Shown here: positions 1 to 12,787 of the stretch, piece after piece
How the letters are laid out: each line of letters starts with the position of its first letter
How positions within the stretch are numbered: position 1 is the first letter of the stretch
NCBI RefSeq assembly: GCF_963921235.1
Contig: NC_086097.1
Coordinates: forward strand, 249,552,001-249,616,000
Reading direction: 5' to 3'
Origin: Mobula hypostoma
Lineage: Eukaryota
DNA: 64,000 nucleotides
Notes under the pieces: model-generated
Told to the model about the DNA's origin: nothing
The model's database searches: none
What the model saw: only the letters and a program-made list of their open reading frames with translations
Program-made: the position numbers and the translations under genes

Positions 1-123
1 GAAGAGGCGCTGGCTATCCACTCTATTCATTCCTCTTAATTTCAGCTTTTCAGTACTGACAATGATATGCAGCAAGTAAATTAGAAATACAAAATGAATT
101 GCAATGGACTACATCCTTCTTAC

Positions 124-198
124 CATTGACTCGGGACAGTAGCCAGGCAACCGCTGCAGCAGATACTTCAATCGATCTTCACTTTTTGTGGATGTAAG
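124..198 (-). CDS. RECK: RECK coding exon 3 (75 nt; LTSTKSEDRLKYLLQRLPGYCPESM)
   Basis: Acceptor ttttatgtcaccag and donor ATG|gtaaga, phase 0-0. The peptide matches mammalian RECK IFSSKSESRLKHLLQRAPDYCPETM. The gene continues beyond position 1. Confidence 0.96.
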
Positions 199-248
199 CT
201 GGTGACATAAAATTAAACACAGACTGGATTAAATGTACACTCCATGTA

Positions 249-704
249 GAGTCATAGTCATACTTCATTGATCCTGGGGGAAATTGGTTTTCGTTACAGT
301 TGCACCATAAATAATAGTAATAGAACCATAAATAGTTAAAAAGTAATATGTAAATTATGCCAGTAAATTATGAAGTAAGTCCAGGACCAGCCTATTGGCT
401 CGGGGTGTCTGACCCTCCAAGGGAGGAGTTGTAAAGTTTGATGGCCACAGGCAGGAATGACTTCCTATGACGCCCTGTGCTGCATCTCGGTGGAATGAGT
501 CTCTGGCTGAATGTACTCCTGTGCCCAACCAGTACATTATGTAGTGGATGGGAGACATTGACCAAGGTGGCATGCAACTTGGACAGCATCCTCTTTTCAA
601 ACACCACCGTGAGAGAGTCCAGTTCCATCCCCACAACATCACTGGCCTTACGAATGAGTTTGTTGATTCTGTTGGTGTCTGCTACCCTCAGCCTGCTGCC
701 CCAG
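249..704 (-). mobile_element. Rex1/Babar-type LINE 3' end with (ATGACT)n tail
   Basis: C-terminal LINE peptide SHPLH...RHRKSFLPVAIKLYN, then AATAAA-like signal and microsatellite tail; near-identical to 55978-56615 and 60337-60606. Confidence 0.75.
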
Positions 705-707
705 TCG

Positions 708-1166
708 AGTACAGTGGGTACAGCCCCGTTCATTAGAGGCAAAGGCCTCCCCACCAGAATCTGTCATCAAAGACACCCCCCCCCCCATCCAGGGAATGCC
801 CTCTTCTCACTACTGCTATCAGGCAGGAGGTACAGGAGCCTTAGGTTCCATACCACAGTTATTACCCCTCAACCATCAGGCTCTGAACCAGCGTGGATGA
901 CTCACTCAACAATGAACTGATTCTACAACCCATGGACTCATTTTCAAGTACTCAGCAACTGATGCTCTCAGTATTAATTGTTTACTACTTATTTCTACTT
1001 TTCTTACTTGCACGATTTGTCTTCATTTGCACATTGAATGTCAGTATTTATGTAGTTTTTCATAAACTCTATTGCACTTCTATATTTTAAATGGCTGCAA
1101 AGAATGAATCTCAAAGTTGTATATAGTAACATACAAGTACCTTGATAATAAATTTACTTTGAACTT
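708..1166 (+). mobile_element. Rex1/Babar-type LINE 3' fragment
   Basis: HPGNALFSLLLSGRRYRS motif; aataaatttactttgaac tail. Confidence 0.65.
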
Positions 1167-1189
1167 AAGCATAAGATTTTATTTTTTTA

Positions 1190-1548
1190 TTTATTACGAC
1201 ACTGGTGCCATGTAGCCCATCAAATCCATGTTGGTTGCCAGCACAGCAATCCCATCAATCCAATTCCTCATTTCTTTATGATCTCACAAATGATTCTTCC
1301 TCCCTCACACGCCCATGACCACCTTCATTAATGCTTTTGCCACCTACCTGCTCTAAGGGGCAAATTACAGTAGAAAATGAGCCGATATATTTTGAATGTG
1401 GGAGAAAAGAGAAGCAACCTGTGAAAACCCACATGGTCCTGCAAAGAACATGTAAACGCCACACAGACAGCACCTGAGGACAGGATCGAATACAGGACCC
1501 TAAAGTTGCAAAGCAGCAATGCAACGATTACTGCACCATACTACCCAA
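1190..1548 (-). mobile_element. tRNA-derived V-SINE/HE1-like SINE
   Basis: A/B-box-like head and conserved central domain (gtgtggcgtttacatgttct...gtgggttttc...ctcccacattcaaaa). Confidence 0.6.
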
Positions 1549-1566
1549 CATATCTACCATCCTAGC

Positions 1567-1915
1567 CATCATCATTATGTGCCATGTTGTATAGCATGGG
1601 TGATCATGGCCATGACCATGATTGTTCTTGGCAAACTGCATTCTTCTGGGCAGTGTCTTTACAAGGTGGGTGACCCCCAGCCATTATCAATACTCTTCAG
1701 AGATTGTCTGCCTGGTGTCAGTGGTCGCATAACAGGAATTGTGATCTGCACCGGCTGCTCATATGACCATTTACCACCTGCTCCCATGGCTTCACGTGAC
1801 CCTGATCAGGGAGCAAAGCAGGTGCTACACTTTGCCCAAGGGTGACCTGCAGGCTAGAGGAAGGAAGGAGCAACTTACACCTCCTTTGGTAGAGACATAT
1901 CTCCACGCTGCCACG
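1567..1915. repeat. Unclassified interspersed repeat (second copy ~46750-46970)
   Basis: Shared gattgtctgcctgg...gctgctcatatgacca...cctgctccc.tggcttcac.tgaccct block between the two loci. Confidence 0.6.
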
Positions 1916-2052
1916 CAACCACTATAGTACACCCTTCTTTATCCAACATTTACATATTCTAAATTCTTATCCTGAGAGCAAAGATTTATTTTAATAAAAA
2001 ATAAGCTCAACGTGAATTTTTGAATAGCTGTGCTGTCCGTAAATCAGGTGTA

Positions 2053-3297
2053 CAGGTGGCCCCCAATTTCCGAACATTCGCTTTACAACACCTTGCTGTT
2101 ACGAAAGGCCTACATTCATTAGTTAGCTGTTTTCGCTAACAGGTGTTTTCACGGTTACGAAAAAAGGCAGCATGCGCCTGAACAGCCAAGCTCCTCCCCC
2201 AGAACGGATTCGAGCCGCCATTGCTTAAACACGTGCTTTATCCCGATTTATTTTGTGCATCCGTTAGCAAGGTGAGTTCTAAGGCATCGGAAAATCCTAA
2301 AAGAGCTCGTAAGGGTGTTACACTTAGCATGAAACTAGACATAATTAAGCGCTTCAATCGTGGTGAACGAAGTAAGGAAATTGTCCACGCGTTGAACTTG
2401 CCTGCGTCCACCATTCGCACTATTTATACGCAGAGAGAAAGAATTTTGAAAGCTGCCGATGTTACTGTTGGTTCTGCTCGTAGCAAAGTGGTCTCTCTTA
2501 GTCGGCATCCAATAATGGATAAAATGGAAAGTCTATTGCTTGAATGGATTGATGGGTGTCGAAACCGTGGTGTTCCGTTAAGGTTTCTTATACTTAAGGA
2601 GAAATCAGTCAGTCTTTTTAACAAGCTGAAACAGAAAGCAATGGACGATGGTGATGAAAGTGTTGTGAAAGTGGAATTTAAAGGTAGTCATAGGTGGTTT
2701 GATCGGTTTCTGAGGCAAGGGCAGCTTCATAGTTTAACGTTTACCAGAGAGAGTGCTTCCGCTGATACTGAAGCTGCCGAAAAGTTCCCAGCAGAAATGA
2801 AGAAAATAATTACAGAAAGTGGTTACGCGTATAAGCAAGTGACGAAACTGCAATTTATTGGAGTCTTCTTGATTGCAGTAAGTGAAACTACACTGCATAC
2901 ATTATTTCTACTTTGTATAGGCTGTGTATTTTTATCTGTTATTTGGTATGATTTGGCAGCTTCATAGCTTAAAGGTTACTGGAGAGAGAGTTTCTGCCAA
3001 GAGCGCTTCCACCGAGAGTGCCGCCGTGAGATTTTCGCTGCGCTGGACAGTGCTGCAGAAAAGTATTTCTACTTTATATAGGCTGTGTATTTATCATATC
3101 ATTCCTGCTTTTACTATATGTTACTGTTAAGTTTTATGTGGTATTTGGTATGATTTGGTAGGTTATTTTTTGGGTCTGGGAACGCTCAAAAATTTTTCCC
3201 ATATTAATAAATGGTAATTGCTTATTCACTTTACGACATTCCAGCTTACGAACCATTTCATAGGCAAGTTCTACCCTCGGATAGCAGGGGAAACCTG
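2053..3297 (+). mobile_element. Tigger/pogo DNA transposon, internally deleted; retains the HTH-psq and CENP-B HTH reading frame, lacks the DDE domain
   Basis: Imperfect TIRs CAGGTGGCCCCC / revcomp CAGGTTTCCCCT, flanked by TA on the left and CA on the right. ORF 2221-2967 has KRARKGVTLSMKLDII...LPASTIRTI and MESLLLEWI...FKGSHRWFDRF; similarity stops after GYAYKQV. Confidence 0.88.
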
Positions 3298-3568
3298 CAT
3301 CAGTATTACTGTAGAGCAAAGGGAATTACAGAGGCATGAGAGAGGAGTTGGCCAGTATTGATTGGAAAAGAACACTGGCAGAGAAGACAGCAGAGCATCA
3401 AAGGTTGGAATTTCTGGAAGCAATTTGCATGGCACAGGATATATACATCCCAAAGAAGAAGTAGTATACTAAAGAAAAGAGGACACAACCGTGGCTAACA
3501 AGAGAAGTTAAAAGCCAAAGAGAGGGTAGAAAATAGAGCAAAAATTAGTGGAAGTTGGAGAATTAGCA

Positions 3569-4053
3569 GAAGCCCCGAAATCCTCGGCTTTGCGTGTTTC
3601 AGCGGCCTGAGCGAGGTCGAAGGCGCTCGGCAGAGGATGGCGCTCGGGAGGCTGTATCGGAGAGGCTGGTCGGAAGCTCAAAGTTTTTGGACGGATGGAC
3701 TCAGTGTCGGCTGTGGTCGGCTGCTTCCAAGGCATCAGCAAGTTGACGGTGCCTGGAGGTTTATGGCAGGGAGTTTCTCCCTTTTGCCGCCTGCTATCGG
3801 GGACTCAGGAGTCGATCAACTCGGGGAATTTTGAGACTTTATTTACCGTGCCCATGGTCTGTTCTTTATCAAATTATGGTATTGCTTTGCACTGCTGTAA
3901 CTATATGTTATAATTATGTGCTTCTGTCAGTGTTAGTCTTTGGTTTGTCCTGTTTTCTGTGATACCACTCCGGAGAAACAGTGTATCATTTCTTAACGCA
4001 TGTATGCATTTCTAAATGACAATAAAAGAGGACTGAGTGTTCTCATAATCTAA
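3569..4053 (+). mobile_element. 5'-truncated copy of a GC-rich non-autonomous retroelement (family also at 18842-19510 and 53774-54310)
   Basis: Shared 3' end aaatgacaataaa.gaggact..gtgt..tcataat and shared body among three loci. Confidence 0.75.
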
Positions 4054-4765
4054 AAAAAAATTGGGAAGTTTTTTTTTAAAAACCAACAGAAGGCAACTAA
4101 AAAAAGTTATTAAGATAAAGATGGAACACGTAAGTAAGCCTGCCGATATTATAAAGAGGATACCAAAAGTTTCTTCAGAAACATAAAGTGTAAAAGGGAG
4201 GCGAGAGCAGATAATGGACAACTGGAAAATGAAGCTGGAGAGGTAGTACTCAGGAACAACAAAATGGCAGATGAACTGAATAAGTATTTTGCATCAGTCT
4301 TCACTGTGGAAGACACAAGCAGTATGGTGGAAGTTCCAGATGTCAGGGGGTATGAAGTGTGTGAAGTTATATAACTAGAGAGACGGTTCTTTGGAAACTG
4401 AAAGGTCTGAAGGTAGATAAGTCACCTGCACCTGATTGTGTACACCACAGAGTTCTGAAAAAGGTGTCTGAAGAGATTGTGATGGCATTAATAATGATCT
4501 TTCAAGAATCACTAGATTCTGGAATGGTTCCGGAAGACTGGAAAATTGTAAATGTCACTCCACTCTTCAAAAAGGGAGAGAAGCAGAAGAAAGGTAACTA
4601 TAGGCCAGTCAGTCTGACCTCAGTGGTTGGGAAGATGTTGGAGTCGATTATTGAGGATGAGGTCTCAGGGTACTTGGAGGCACATGACAAAATAGGCAAT
4701 AGTCAGCATGGTTTCCTCAAGGGAAAATCATGCCTGACAAATCTGTTGGAATTCTTTGAAGAAAC

Positions 4766-7675
4766 AAAGAACGCCCTACCTGGGGGAAGTAACAGCGGCC
4801 ATACCTCTGGCACAGAGTCTGGCCCTGTAGCTCAGAAGGGTAGGGAACCAAAGAGGATGGCAGCATTAATAGGGGACTCTATAGTTAGCAGAACAGATAG
4901 GCAATTGTTTCGATGGAAAAAAGAAACATGGATGGCAGTTTGCCTCCCAGGTACCAAGGTCTGCGATGTTTCTGAACACATCCACAATATCCTGAAAAAG
5001 GGAAGGTGAGCAGCCAGAAGTCATGTTACATATCGGTACCAATGACATAGGCAGAAAAAGGGAGGAGGTCCTGAAAAAAGAATACAGGAAATTAGGAAGG
5101 AAGTTGAGAATCAGAACCTCAAGGATAGTAATCTCAGTGTTGCTGCCTGTGCTATGTGATAGTGAGGATAGGAATAGAGTGAGGTGGCAGATAAATGTGT
5201 GGGTGAAGAATTGAAGAGGGAGCAAGGATTCAGATTTCTGAATAATTGGGACCTCTTCTGGGGCAGGTGTGATCTGTACAAAAAGGATGGGTTGCACTTG
5301 AATCCGAGGGAGGCCGATATATTCTCGGCGGCAGGTATACTACAGCTGTTGGGAGTGGTTTAAACTAATATGGCAGGGTTATGGGAACCAGTATGAAAGA
5401 GCTGAGGATGAGCCAGCAGGTTTACAAGTAGATGATGGGTGTAACATGAATGTAAACACATACAAGCAAATGATTGGGTACAGATGACTGGCCTATAGTA
5501 CACATCAAAAGAATTTTAGGATGTATATTGTATACATTTCTGTGACATTAATTGTACCTATTGAAACCTATTGAAACAAAGGCAGACACAGCAAAGAGTT
5601 AAATTGTACCACAGAGGTAAATTTCAAAAGGGCGAAGAATACAGGACTGAAGGTGCTATATTTAAATGCACGTAGCATTCGGAATAACGTGGACAAACTC
5701 ACGGCACAATTAGAGATTGGTCAGTATGACATTGTGAGCATCACTGAGTCGTGGCTGAAAGGAGGCCACAGTTGGGAACCTAACATCAAAGGATATACTT
5801 TAGAAAGAGGTGCCATAGGATCACAGAATGTTGAATCTTTGTGGGTGGAGTGAAGAAACTACAAGGGTAAAGAAACCATTTGGGAATCATATATAGGCCT
5901 CCAAATTGTAGCCAAGATGTGGGGTTGAGATTGCAAAGGGAGCTGGAAAAGACATGTAATAAGGGTAATGTCACAATTGTAACAGGGACTTTAATATGCA
6001 AGGAGATTGGGAAAGTCAGGTTGGTATCAATTGCAAGAGAGGGAATTTGTTGAATGCCTACGAGATGGCTTTTTGGAGCTGCTTGTGCTTGAGCCTACTA
6101 GGGAAAAAGCTATCTTAGATTGGGTGTTGTGTAATAACCTAGATCTTATTAGGGAACTTAATGTAAAGGAACCCTTGGGAGGCAGTGATCATAATACGAG
6201 TGAATTCATACTGCAATTTGAGGAGGAGAAGAATAAGTCACATGTATCAGTATTGCAATGAAAAAAAAGGGAATTACAGAGGCATGAGAGAGGAGCTTGC
6301 CCAGGTCAACTGGAGGAGGTACTGGTGGCAAATGTCACACCATTCTTTAAGAAGGGAGGAAGGCAAAAGAAAGACAATTATAGACCAATTAGCCTAACCT
6401 CAGTGGTTGGTTGGGAAAGTGTTGGAGTCTACTATTAAGGATGACATTTTGCAGATACTTGGAGACGAATGATAAAATAAACCAGAGTCAGCATGGTTTG
6501 TGTAAAGGGAAATCTTACCTGACAAATCTGTTAAGAGTTCTTCTAGGAAGTAACAAGCAGGGTGGACAAAGGAGAGGCAGTGGATGTCATTTACTTGGAT
6601 TTTCAGAAGGCGTTTGATAAGGTGCCTCACATGATAAAATCCTACACTGGCATGGATAGAGGAATGGCTGACAGGCAGGAGGCAGTGAGAGGGAATAAAG
6701 GAAGCCTTTTCCGGTTGGCTGCCAGTGACTAGGGGTCCTCAGGGGTCAGTATTGGGACCGCTACTTTTCACATTCTTTGTCAATGATATAGATAATGGAA
6801 TTGATAGGTTTGTGGATGCTACGAAGCTATGTGGATGGGTAGATAGTGCCAATGAAGCAATGCGATTGAAACAGGACTTGGACAAAATGGAAAAATGGGC
6901 AAAAAAGTGGGAGAATGAATGGTGTTGGGAAGTCTATGATAATGCATTTTGGTAAAAGGAACAATAGTGTGGATTATTATCTAAATGGGAAGAAAATTCA
7001 AACATCAGAGGGGTGCAGAGGGACTTGGGAGTCCTCGTGTAAAACTTCTAGAAGGTTAATTTACAGGTTGAGTCTGTGGTAAAGAAGGCAAATGCAATGT
7101 TGGCATTTATTTCAAGGAAAATAGAAGGAGATAATGCTAGGCTTTGTAAGACACAAGTCAAGCCACACTTGGAGTATTGTCAACAGTTTTGGGCCCCGTA
7201 TCTCAGAAAGGATGTGTCATCATTGGAGAGAGTCCAGAGGAAGTTCATGAGGATGATTCTGGGAATGAAGGGGGTTAACATATGAGGAGTGTTTGGCAGC
7301 TTTAGGCCTGTACTCACTGGAATTTCGAAGAATGTGGGGGGGATCTCATTGAAACCTACCGAATGTTGAAAGGTCTAGACCAGGTGAACGTGCAGCTATC
7401 CAGAACTTGAGGGCACAGCCTCAGAATTGAGGAGCAACCTTGAGGGGTAAGGAGGATTTTTTTTAAACTGGAGAGTAGTGAATCTGTGAAATGCTCCGCC
7501 ACAGACTGCAATGGAGGCCAAGTCCATGTGTAGATTTAAGGTTCATCATTTCCTGGTCTGTCAGGGCATCAAAAGATATGGTGAGACAGCAGGTGTATGA
7601 GGTTGAGTGGGATCAGGGATCAGCCATGATGAGATGGGCTGAATGGCATAATTCTGCTCCCATGTCTTATGGTCT
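4766..7675 (+). mobile_element. CR1 LINE (ORF1 SGNH/GDSL esterase, APE endonuclease, RT, 3' tail), degenerate, nested in another CR1
   Basis: LIGDSIV...HIGTNDIG esterase motifs; LYLNARSIRN...ITESWL endonuclease; [11 protein letters not shown]; tail gtcttatggtct. Confidence 0.85.
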
Positions 7676-8714
7676 AACAAGCAAGATAGACCAAGGAAAA
7701 TTGGATGATTTTGTGTATTTGGATTTTCAGAAGGCCTTTGACAAGGTGTCACACGAGGCTACTTAACAAGCAATGAGCCCATGGTATTACAGGAAAGATT
7801 CCAGCATGGATAAAACAGTGGCTGATTGGCAGGAGGCAAAAACTGGAAATAAAAGCAGCCTTTTCTGACTGGCTGCCAGCGACTAGTAGTGTTCCACAAA
7901 AGTCTGTGTTGGGACCGATTCTTTTTACATCATTTGTCAACGATTTGGATGACGGAATTGATGGCTTTGAATCAAAGTTTACAGACAATATGAATATAGG
8001 TGGAAGGGCAGGTTGTTTTGAGGAAGTACAGAGGCTACAGAAGGACTTAGATTAGGAGAATGGGCAAAGAAATGGCAGATGGAATACAGTGTTGGGAAGT
8101 GTATGTTTATGTATTTTGGTAGAAGAAATGAAAGGGTTGACTACTTTCTAAATTGAGAGAAAATACAAAAACTTATTTGCAAAGGGACTTGAGAGTCCTT
8201 ATGCAGGATTCCCTAAGGGTTAATTTGCAGGTTGAGTCTATGGTGAGGAAGGCAAATGCAATGTTAACATTCATTTCAAAAGGACTAGAATATAAAAACA
8301 AAGATGTAATGTTGAAACTTTATAAAGCAGTGCTGAGGCCTCACTTGGGAGTATTGTGAGCAGGTTTAGGCCCCTTACCTTAGAAGGGATACACACATAT
8401 ATACCACACAGTATTTTTTCATTCTAAATTCAATTTTGTGAAGAAATTGAAACTAGCAAAGACAAATAATGGAAGCAAAGTGCTGCCCAAGAAAAGGGCA
8501 AAAGTTGTTGTGGGGAGGGGGATATTTGCATAAGACACGCAAAATGGAGGACACACAGATCTCAGGAGCTGTCTGGGCTACAAATACAGAGAATGGAAAT
8601 CCACAGATCAACAATAAAAGTTTAACACACATTCAATGAAAAGTCCTTTATGGACAGGAAAAGGCTTACAGGTTGTCGTTAAAAAATGACTGAAGGACCA
8701 GCTCCGTCTTCTGT

Positions 8715-10470
8715 ATGATGATGATGGCTGGTTCTCCTCTTGCGAAGATCAGGAGAGGAAGAAGAGTCCTCAACAGCAGGGGTCCCCAACCTTTTTTGCA
8801 CTGCGGACCGGCCGACCGGGGGGCGGGGGGGTGGTAGGGTTGCCAACGGACAAGAGTAGCAGTCAAATACGTTGTTTACCCCTAGAGACTACAATGACCA
8901 TGAAGCCCTGCGCGGACACCAGTGCGCATGTGTGATTTGCGCATGCGTGTTCGTGCCGATTTTTTTCTACAAATCGTTTTTGGCGATTCTGTTCGGGGGA
9001 GGGGGGTGCTAATCATGACCGGAATATAGGTGATAAGTGGCTAATACACTCAATTTCATTTCTAAAAGGGTTTATCTAACGAATTTAATATTAAACACAC
9101 AGCGCATATTTTCCTCACGAGGAGTGATAAGTCAATTATCAGGGGAGGACAGGGGAGCTTGAAGTAAGCGTTGAACGAACTTCCAGTAGAAGTGGTAGAG
9201 GCAGGTTCGATATCATTTAACGAAAAATTGGATAGGTATATGGACAGGAAAGGAATGGAGGCTTATGGGTTGAGTGCAGGTCGGTGGGACTAGGTGATAG
9301 TAGCGTTCGGCACGGACTAGAAGGGCAGAGATGGCCTTTTTCCGTGCTGTAATTGTTATATGGTTATATAAGTAAGTCAATAGCATCATAACATTTTAAG
9401 TAACATTTGGATATTAAACACACGGCACATATTTTCCCCTTATGAACATATAAAATCATTGCAACACACCAATATCGCTGAATCAGTGGGAGCCCTGGGC
9501 TTGTTTCCCTGCAACAAGATGGTCCTATCGAGGGGTGATGGGAGACAGCGATACTCAAAGGGGGTTCCTTATGTCCAGTCTATTCCGCAATTTAGTTTTC
9601 GTTGCATTCATTGCAGAGATATGTTGGAAATGGAAGCAACGTTTTCAGTGCTTTCGTGGCTATCTCAGGATATTTAGCCTTGGCTTTGATTCGGAATGCC
9701 GGCAGGGATGCTATGTCAAATATACCTTTCAGCCCGCCGTCATTTGCAAGCTCGAGGAGTTGATCTTCCCACGCTAACATGGATGACGCGCGGGTAATGA
9801 CCTCGCGTGCGTTCAAGCTCAACAGTGGGCATGACAGGGAATGAGGAAAGGTGCAGCCGACTCATATCACCAAATCATATCGTTTCCTCGTGGCCCGGCA
9901 GCGCATGCTTTGCGGCCCGGTGGTTGGGGACCGCTGCTCAAGAGCTACGGCTGTAGAGGCCAGTTCTGGATCTGCAGACTCTGGATGAGTAGGGACACAG
10001 AAAGGGCCAGGTTGCAGGCATTTGGGTCGTAGGATCATTCCCTGGGTCTCCTCTTCTGTCTTCCTCAAAACTTTTGTCTGCTCCCTGGATCAGATTCTCT
10101 GCCACAAGCCAGCTGCTGCCACTCGCTGACCTCGATATTTGCCTGAAAGTGCTACTGCTTAAGTTGGTCTTTGTACCTCTTGCGCAGGGCACCAGGATCT
10201 CTCTTGCCCTGACAGAGTTCTCCATAGGGTACTGCTTTCGGTAACCTGGAGCTGTCGGTGTGAGACACACAGCCCGACCAGCGGAGCTGGTTGAGCAACA
10301 AAGTGCCTTCAGTGCTTAGAAGTTGAGCCCTCTCCAGGACCTCGTTGTTGGAGACACGATCCTGCCAGCCGATACCCACGATGGAGCGGAGACAGCGAGG
10401 ATGGAAGCTCTCGAGCAACCGGATTTGCTTGCAGTACAAGACCCAGGTTTCGGAGCCGTATATCTTCTGT
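8715..10470 (-). mobile_element. RTE-clade LINE 3' portion with (CAT)n tail, split by a hAT insertion
   Basis: YGSETW...FHPRCLRSI...WQDRVSNNEVLERA...QLRW...RLPK..YGEL..GKR...KRYKDQLK; tail at ~8715-8726. Confidence 0.85.
8777..9936 (-). mobile_element. Non-autonomous hAT-Charlie element with a transposase C-terminal remnant and an internal CR1 3' end
   Basis: TIRs CAGGGGTCCCCAACC / GGTTGGGGACCGCTG; 8-bp TSD ctcaacag (8769-8776) / ctcaagag (9937-9944); peptide EDQLLELANDGGLK...YPEIATKALKTLLPFPT. Confidence 0.9.
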
Positions 10471-10574
10471 GTAGTTGCAAATGAAATATTCATCCACAAA
10501 CACCTTCAAAATAATACACCTGACCCAAATCCGTTCTCAACCTCTGAAAATTAAAAGCGCTGCAGTGATTCTTT

Positions 10575-10840
10575 TATTTACTTATTTATTTAGAGATACA
10601 GCACAGAAATAGGCTCTTCCACCCCAGCAAGCCCATGCCACCTATTACATCCATATGGCCAATTCACCCTCTAACCCGTACATCTTTGGAACTGGAAGGA
10701 AACCGGAGCACCTGGAGGAAATCCACGCTGTCACGGGGAGAACGTACAAACTCCTTTCAGACAGTGGGGAGAATTGACCCCGGGTCAGGGTCACTGGCTC
10801 AGTAAAGTGCTACATTAACTGCTACACTCCTGAGCCGTTC
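10575..10840 (-). mobile_element. V-SINE/HE1-like SINE
   Basis: ggagtttgtacgttctccccgtgacagcgtggatttcctccaggtgctccggtttcc core with AT-rich tail. Confidence 0.7.
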
Positions 10841-11164
10841 AAGGTCTCAGTATAATTTTAGTCTCCAGCTTCCGCTGCTGCACTTCCAAACAGAAATCTG
10901 AAGCTCACTGTGTGACAGATGGCATTACATCTGTCACCACATTCCACTAATCGAGTCCACATGGAAAGTGCTTCTCCAATCCTCTGACAGCCCAGGCTTG
11001 GCACAGGATCAGAGACCTAACAGATGATAATGGAGATTCCAGGCCCGCAGACGAGCCAGCAATAAGGTTTCTTTTTAAATTATTAGTTTAATACTTTTCC
11101 TTCTATGCCATTATTTTCTATTCATTCCTTTTTCAGGATCCAGGCCAACAAGGCCATTTATTAG

Positions 11165-11650
11165 ACAAACAACAGATTCTGTAAATGCAGGAAATCTTGA
11201 GCAAAACGTACAAAGTAATACACAGTCAGAGTTTCAGGCCAAGACTTCATCAGGACTGGAAAGAAAGGAGGGAGTCAGAGTAAGGTGGGGTTAGGGGAAG
11301 GAGGACAAGATGGAAGGAGATTGGTGAAACCAGGTGAGAGGGAAGGTGGGTAAGTGATTGGGGAAGTGGGGAAGTGGGGATGAAGTAAGAAGCCGGGAGG
11401 TGATAGATTGCTACAGTCATTCTCCAGATGCCTGGACCAACAATCCAGACACTCAAATTCAAATGGAATTTAAAGCCAATTCTAAATCTGGTTTGGAAAA
11501 GAGAACCTATTGGATCATCTCATCATTAACAGGTCAGGCAGCATCTGTGGAAATAAATAAAGTCAATGTTTCGGGCCAAGAGCCCGAGTCATTTTTATAG
11601 ATGCTGCCTGGCCTGGTGTTCCTCCAGCATTTTGTGAGTGTGTGTTGCTC
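11165..11650. mobile_element. Penelope-like element terminal fragments in mixed orientation
   Basis: gatgctgcctggcc...ttcctccagcattttg.g.gtgtg terminal motif shared with the GIY-YIG-bearing copies; further remnants at ~12100-12235, 23865-23945, 25015-25140, 55070-55160 and 57120-57240. Confidence 0.6.
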
Positions 11651-12787
11651 TGAAATAGATACACAAGCATCCACAGTAACTCAATTTCACCATCAGCCCT
11701 ACATTCAAACCACAACATCCAACATGACAGACCACCAAGTATTGACATTAGAGGTCTTAAAACATCATCAAGCATGGGCAACCTCCAGATGACTAACTGC
11801 TCTCCTTCTTTGGCCTAAACACCAGTGTTCCTTATAACAAGCAATGGTTTGATGATGCACTGGATGCTGGAACTCACTGTCCATCAGTAATGCTGGCTTA
11901 ATAGCATCAGCACTGACCCAGTCCTCATTAACGTAACTGTCAGCCTGGGTCAACGGCTAGTAGTGCTGAACAATAACAGTAGATAAGTCTACTAGACCTC
12001 ATACTTACCAATTTATCTGTGGAGGATGCATCTGTCACTGACAGACTAACCACAAAATGAAACAAGGTCCTGATTTCATTGTGAGGACAGCCTATAATAA
12101 ACACAAGAAATTCTGCAGTTGTTCAAAATCCAAAGCATCACACACAAAATGCTAGAGGAGCTCAGCAGGTCTGGCAGCATCTATGGAAATTAATAGACAG
12201 TCGACATTGCAGGCCGAGCCTCTTCTTCAGGACAGGTTGTATAGCTTTACAATTGTTATAAACGTAACAGACCATAAGACAAAGGAGCAGAATTAGGCCG
12301 TTTGGCCTATCCAGTCTACTCTGCCATTCTATCATGTCTGATTTATTAGACCTCTCAACCCCATTCTGCTGCCTTCTCCCTGTAACCTTTGATGCCCTGA
12401 TAAATCAATAACCAATCAATGACAGCTTTAAATATACCCAATGACTTGGCCTGCAACCGTCTGTGGCAATAAATACAAGAAACTTGCAACAAAATATGAA
12501 AGTAAAAACAAATGATGAAGATGCGAAAAATCTGATACAACAAAGACAAAATGCCAGAAACAGTCAGCAGGCCAGACAACTCGACGGCGTAGCTCGAAGG
12601 GCCTATTCTGCATTCTATCTCAATCAATAGCCTTCTGTGGAAATTGGAACAGCTTGATTCAGGCCCAGGACCCTTTACCTTTTATCAGAACCAATAACAC
12701 TACAATCTGTGACACTATACTCTGCCATAAGCAGCAAATGCTGTGTTCCTCAACCTGTTTACATCTTTTAACTTGCAAAATAGAACT

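Larger units (their letters stand above)
3305..8388 (+). mobile_element. CR1 LINE ORF2 fragment interrupted by insertions at 3569-4053 and 4766-7675
   Basis: RT motifs PEDWKIVNVTPLFKKG...NYRPVSLTS...LLEFFEE (to 4765), resuming at 7676 with TSKIDQG...YLDFQKAFDKV. Confidence 0.85.
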
